Shown: positions 61,317-64,000 of the stretch, in pieces | Numbering within the stretch: the first letter of the stretch is position 1 | Layout of the letters: the number at the start of each line of letters is the position of its first letter | Origin: Nemertoderma westbladi | Lineage: Eukaryota > Animalia > Xenacoelomorpha | DNA length: 64,000 nucleotides | NCBI GenBank assembly: GCA_032718475.1 | Contig: JAUCBJ010003953.1 | Coordinates: 1 to 64,000 of the forward strand | Direction of reading: 5' to 3' | The notes under the pieces: generated by a model | What the model was told of the DNA's origin: nothing | The model's input: only the letters and a program-made list of their open reading frames with translations | Database searches by the model: none | Position numbers and translations under genes: made by a program

Positions 61317-63806
61317 GACAATTATGGTATCAACAATGCAATATCATTCCAATAAATAATTATCATTTAATGCTTAAGACATAATTTTGTAAAAGTAATG
61401 ACATATTATCAGTATTCAGAATATCAATAAATTACATGTGAAATGAGCGTTATGGAAGCACAATAAATTTCAGCCTATGTATCGATGCGCAGTAATAACA
61501 ATAGGAACCTTGTGCTACCTGGTTGGTAGGTTACCGTACCAGAGGGGGCACGCAACCGCGAAGGCCGTGGAAGCCAACTGTAATAAGCCAACTCATAACA
61601 CATTGCATTATGAGGGATTACAGTATAGATGACCTATTTTAGCCATGAATTTTACATCCTTTAACAAAGTTTTGCCTTGCCACATATATAAGTGATGCGT
61701 AGGGGTGTGTGTGTGCAAGATTCTAAAAGTTGAGTTGATTATGGAATACACGTGTTTTTTTCGACAGGGTCCTGGACGGATTTGATATTGCACTTGCACA
61801 CAACGTCACTCATCCACGGGCCACAACAAACCAGTTATCAACAAAATCTATTCATACATACCGCTGCGAGTAACAAATAAATTTATTAGAAATCCCTTGC
61901 ATTATTTATTGCGTGGTAGCAATGCGATAATAGCATGTTAAACCGGGTCCCTTCTCTCTCTGGTTACATTGTATGGGAATAATTCAATGGCTGAACGGCG
62001 GGGAGTCCAATTAAACACGCGATCAATCAATGTATGCGGTTGCGAAGTATCGCTGTTGAGTTGACAATACATGAAAGAATACGAGATTACTTTATACCAG
62101 CGGATTTATTTATTAACGGTAACATAATATTTTGTTCTTATAAAAAGCCTATATTTCCCGCTCCTTAGGTGAAGTTTCATGAGCTTTAATATCACGGCGG
62201 GAGAAAAAAGTAAAACATGTGATCTACTAAAACCAGATATACCAGTTCGAACTAATACACGAAATTAGTTATTATTATTATTAACATTTATAGATTTAGC
62301 CGCCATATTTAGCAATTACAGTTCGCCTGTTATGTTGTAATCAAAATAAATAATAAAATACAAACTAAATACAAATAGTATAATTTAGATACAAAATTTA
62401 AATATATTAAATAATTAAACAAAATATCCTTTTAAATTTAATAAATGCGTATGTTATTACACAGCAAAAAATCATCTGAAACATACGATTTTTCGAGTCG
62501 AATAGCAACCATCATAGTCGAGACTTTATACATTAACATTCAAAATTAAAATTCATATGTTTAATACAGAAGAAAGTGACAGACTTTGACAGCTAGGAAG
62601 CTGTCCTTATTACTCTATAATAAAGAGGTCTATATGCCTACAATAAAAACCTTAATAATGTAAACCAGTAACAACATATATGATATTATTGACATTTAAA
62701 CAACTGACATAGCATCACTAGACCGATCTGCTGCTTGTAAAATTCATAATAATAACAGAAATAACTAATAATTAATAAATAATAACTTAAATGATTAAAA
62801 AAACAATTTAATGATTAGGTTGGATTAAAAAAAGCAGTATCGTAGCCGACCGTTGACTTACTCGTATGTACAAATTTCTATGAATTCAATTATATCTATT
62901 AAGAATCGAAGAATTTAAATCACGGTGTTGGAAAATCAGTTACAAGCAGGAACTGATCAGTTCAACTTTATGAAAACTACACGGGATGCGATGTGATTCA
63001 TTAAAGGAAGACGTATAGTATTCCTAGGACCAGAATACCAACAGTAATTCACAGATCAATGAAAACCTCTAGAATTACGCAGATATGACGGAACAGTGAG
63101 GACAATTAGTGATGAGGGAGGTAGAATTTCTCTGAAGTCGTGACCAACTCAATAAGAATGCGTTACCCATGGGGCATCCAATTCCTTTACCATGTCAACT
63201 GGTGCGTGACTTTGGCGACGGATTACCACAGAGCTTCCCTTAGCCGGATCAACTCATTGCAACGGCTAACATTTACATCAATTAATTCGAAGAATAAACA
63301 TAACGGGGAATTCCGTTCATTTAAGGCGATCTAATAAGATATTTTATGCGTATAAATCTTGGACGAGCCACGAATTTCGTGAGCCTCTTTGAAATCAGCA
63401 TTGTCCGTCGGTCTTTCTGCCGTCCGTTACAAGATTTCAACGACAATTTGAAATGAAAACATGACATAAAATGTTTCACATTTGCAAATGCCAGAGAAAT
63501 TCTCTCAGATCAGAGAGGGCACCGCAATGAGTAGCAAACATTCAAAATAAACATTCTTAAACTTAGTTTGATAGTTGAGATAACTTATATAACTTATCTA
63601 TTATTGTAAATTATCTACAATTTGAAGAATATGATTACCATTATTACGCAATTAAAATGTAGGGTTCACGTATATTTTAAAATTTTTTTTCAAAAATTTT
63701 TTTTTTAAATAATTCTTAGCCGCAGCTAACTGTAGGCTCAGAATATAAAACGAAATTCGGAAAGTACCAGTACTGCTATTCCTATGCATAAAAATTCAAA
63801 TTTATG

Positions 63807-64000
63807 GATCTAGGACACTTCCCCCCGGACAGTTCCCCCCGGGACACTTCCCCCCGGACAGTTCCCCCCGGGACACTTCCCACCGGACAGTTCCCCCCCC
63901 CCCAGACACTTCCCCCCCGGACAGTTCCCCCCCGGACACTTCCCCACGCCCAAGTAGGACGCTTCCCCCCCGGACACTTCCCCCCGGACACTTCCTCCCG
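63807..64000. mobile_element. Left end of a MITE with GGACA(C/G)TTCCCCCC subterminal repeats, cut off by the window edge
   Basis: GGATCTA followed by about 11 copies of a 15-16 bp GGACA[CG]TTCCCCCC unit. Confidence 0.6.

Noticed and set aside
42830-63500. Helentron/HINE-like fragments (TGTC/GTCC microsatellite segments near 42833, 63400 and 27860-28175)
   Set aside because: Boundaries and diagnostic hairpins could not be defined by eye.

Overview
AT-rich, repeat-rich animal (invertebrate metazoan) genomic DNA; the species cannot be fixed from this window. There are six credible genes, and each has a complete coding sequence with no introns: PLRG1, UBL5/Hub1, a PAPS-dependent sulfotransferase, PTCD1, and two paralogous anion-selective Cys-loop receptor subunits. 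Roughly a third of the window (about 23 kb by my estimate) is unrelated tandem minisatellite arrays with units of 22-68 bp; these produce nearly all of the long repetitive ORFs in the track, which are artefacts. The rest is dense with non-autonomous inverted-repeat elements (one with a clean 9-bp TSD, Mutator-like), a CORE-type tRNA SINE with an L2-like tail, and RTE-like LINE fragments. The best leads are: (1) loss of coding introns from normally intron-rich genes in a genome that is not compact; (2) two chloride-channel subunits with a loop C Trp and an extra N-terminal Cys pair, recalling amine-gated channels, with signs of gene conversion over the pore region; (3) one internal motif (GGAAAGGAGCAGGTTAC...CTAACCAAAACAATAAAC) shared by MITEs with unrelated termini; (4) TACCGGTA palindrome clusters upstream of the housekeeping genes. 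All counts and alignments were done by eye.
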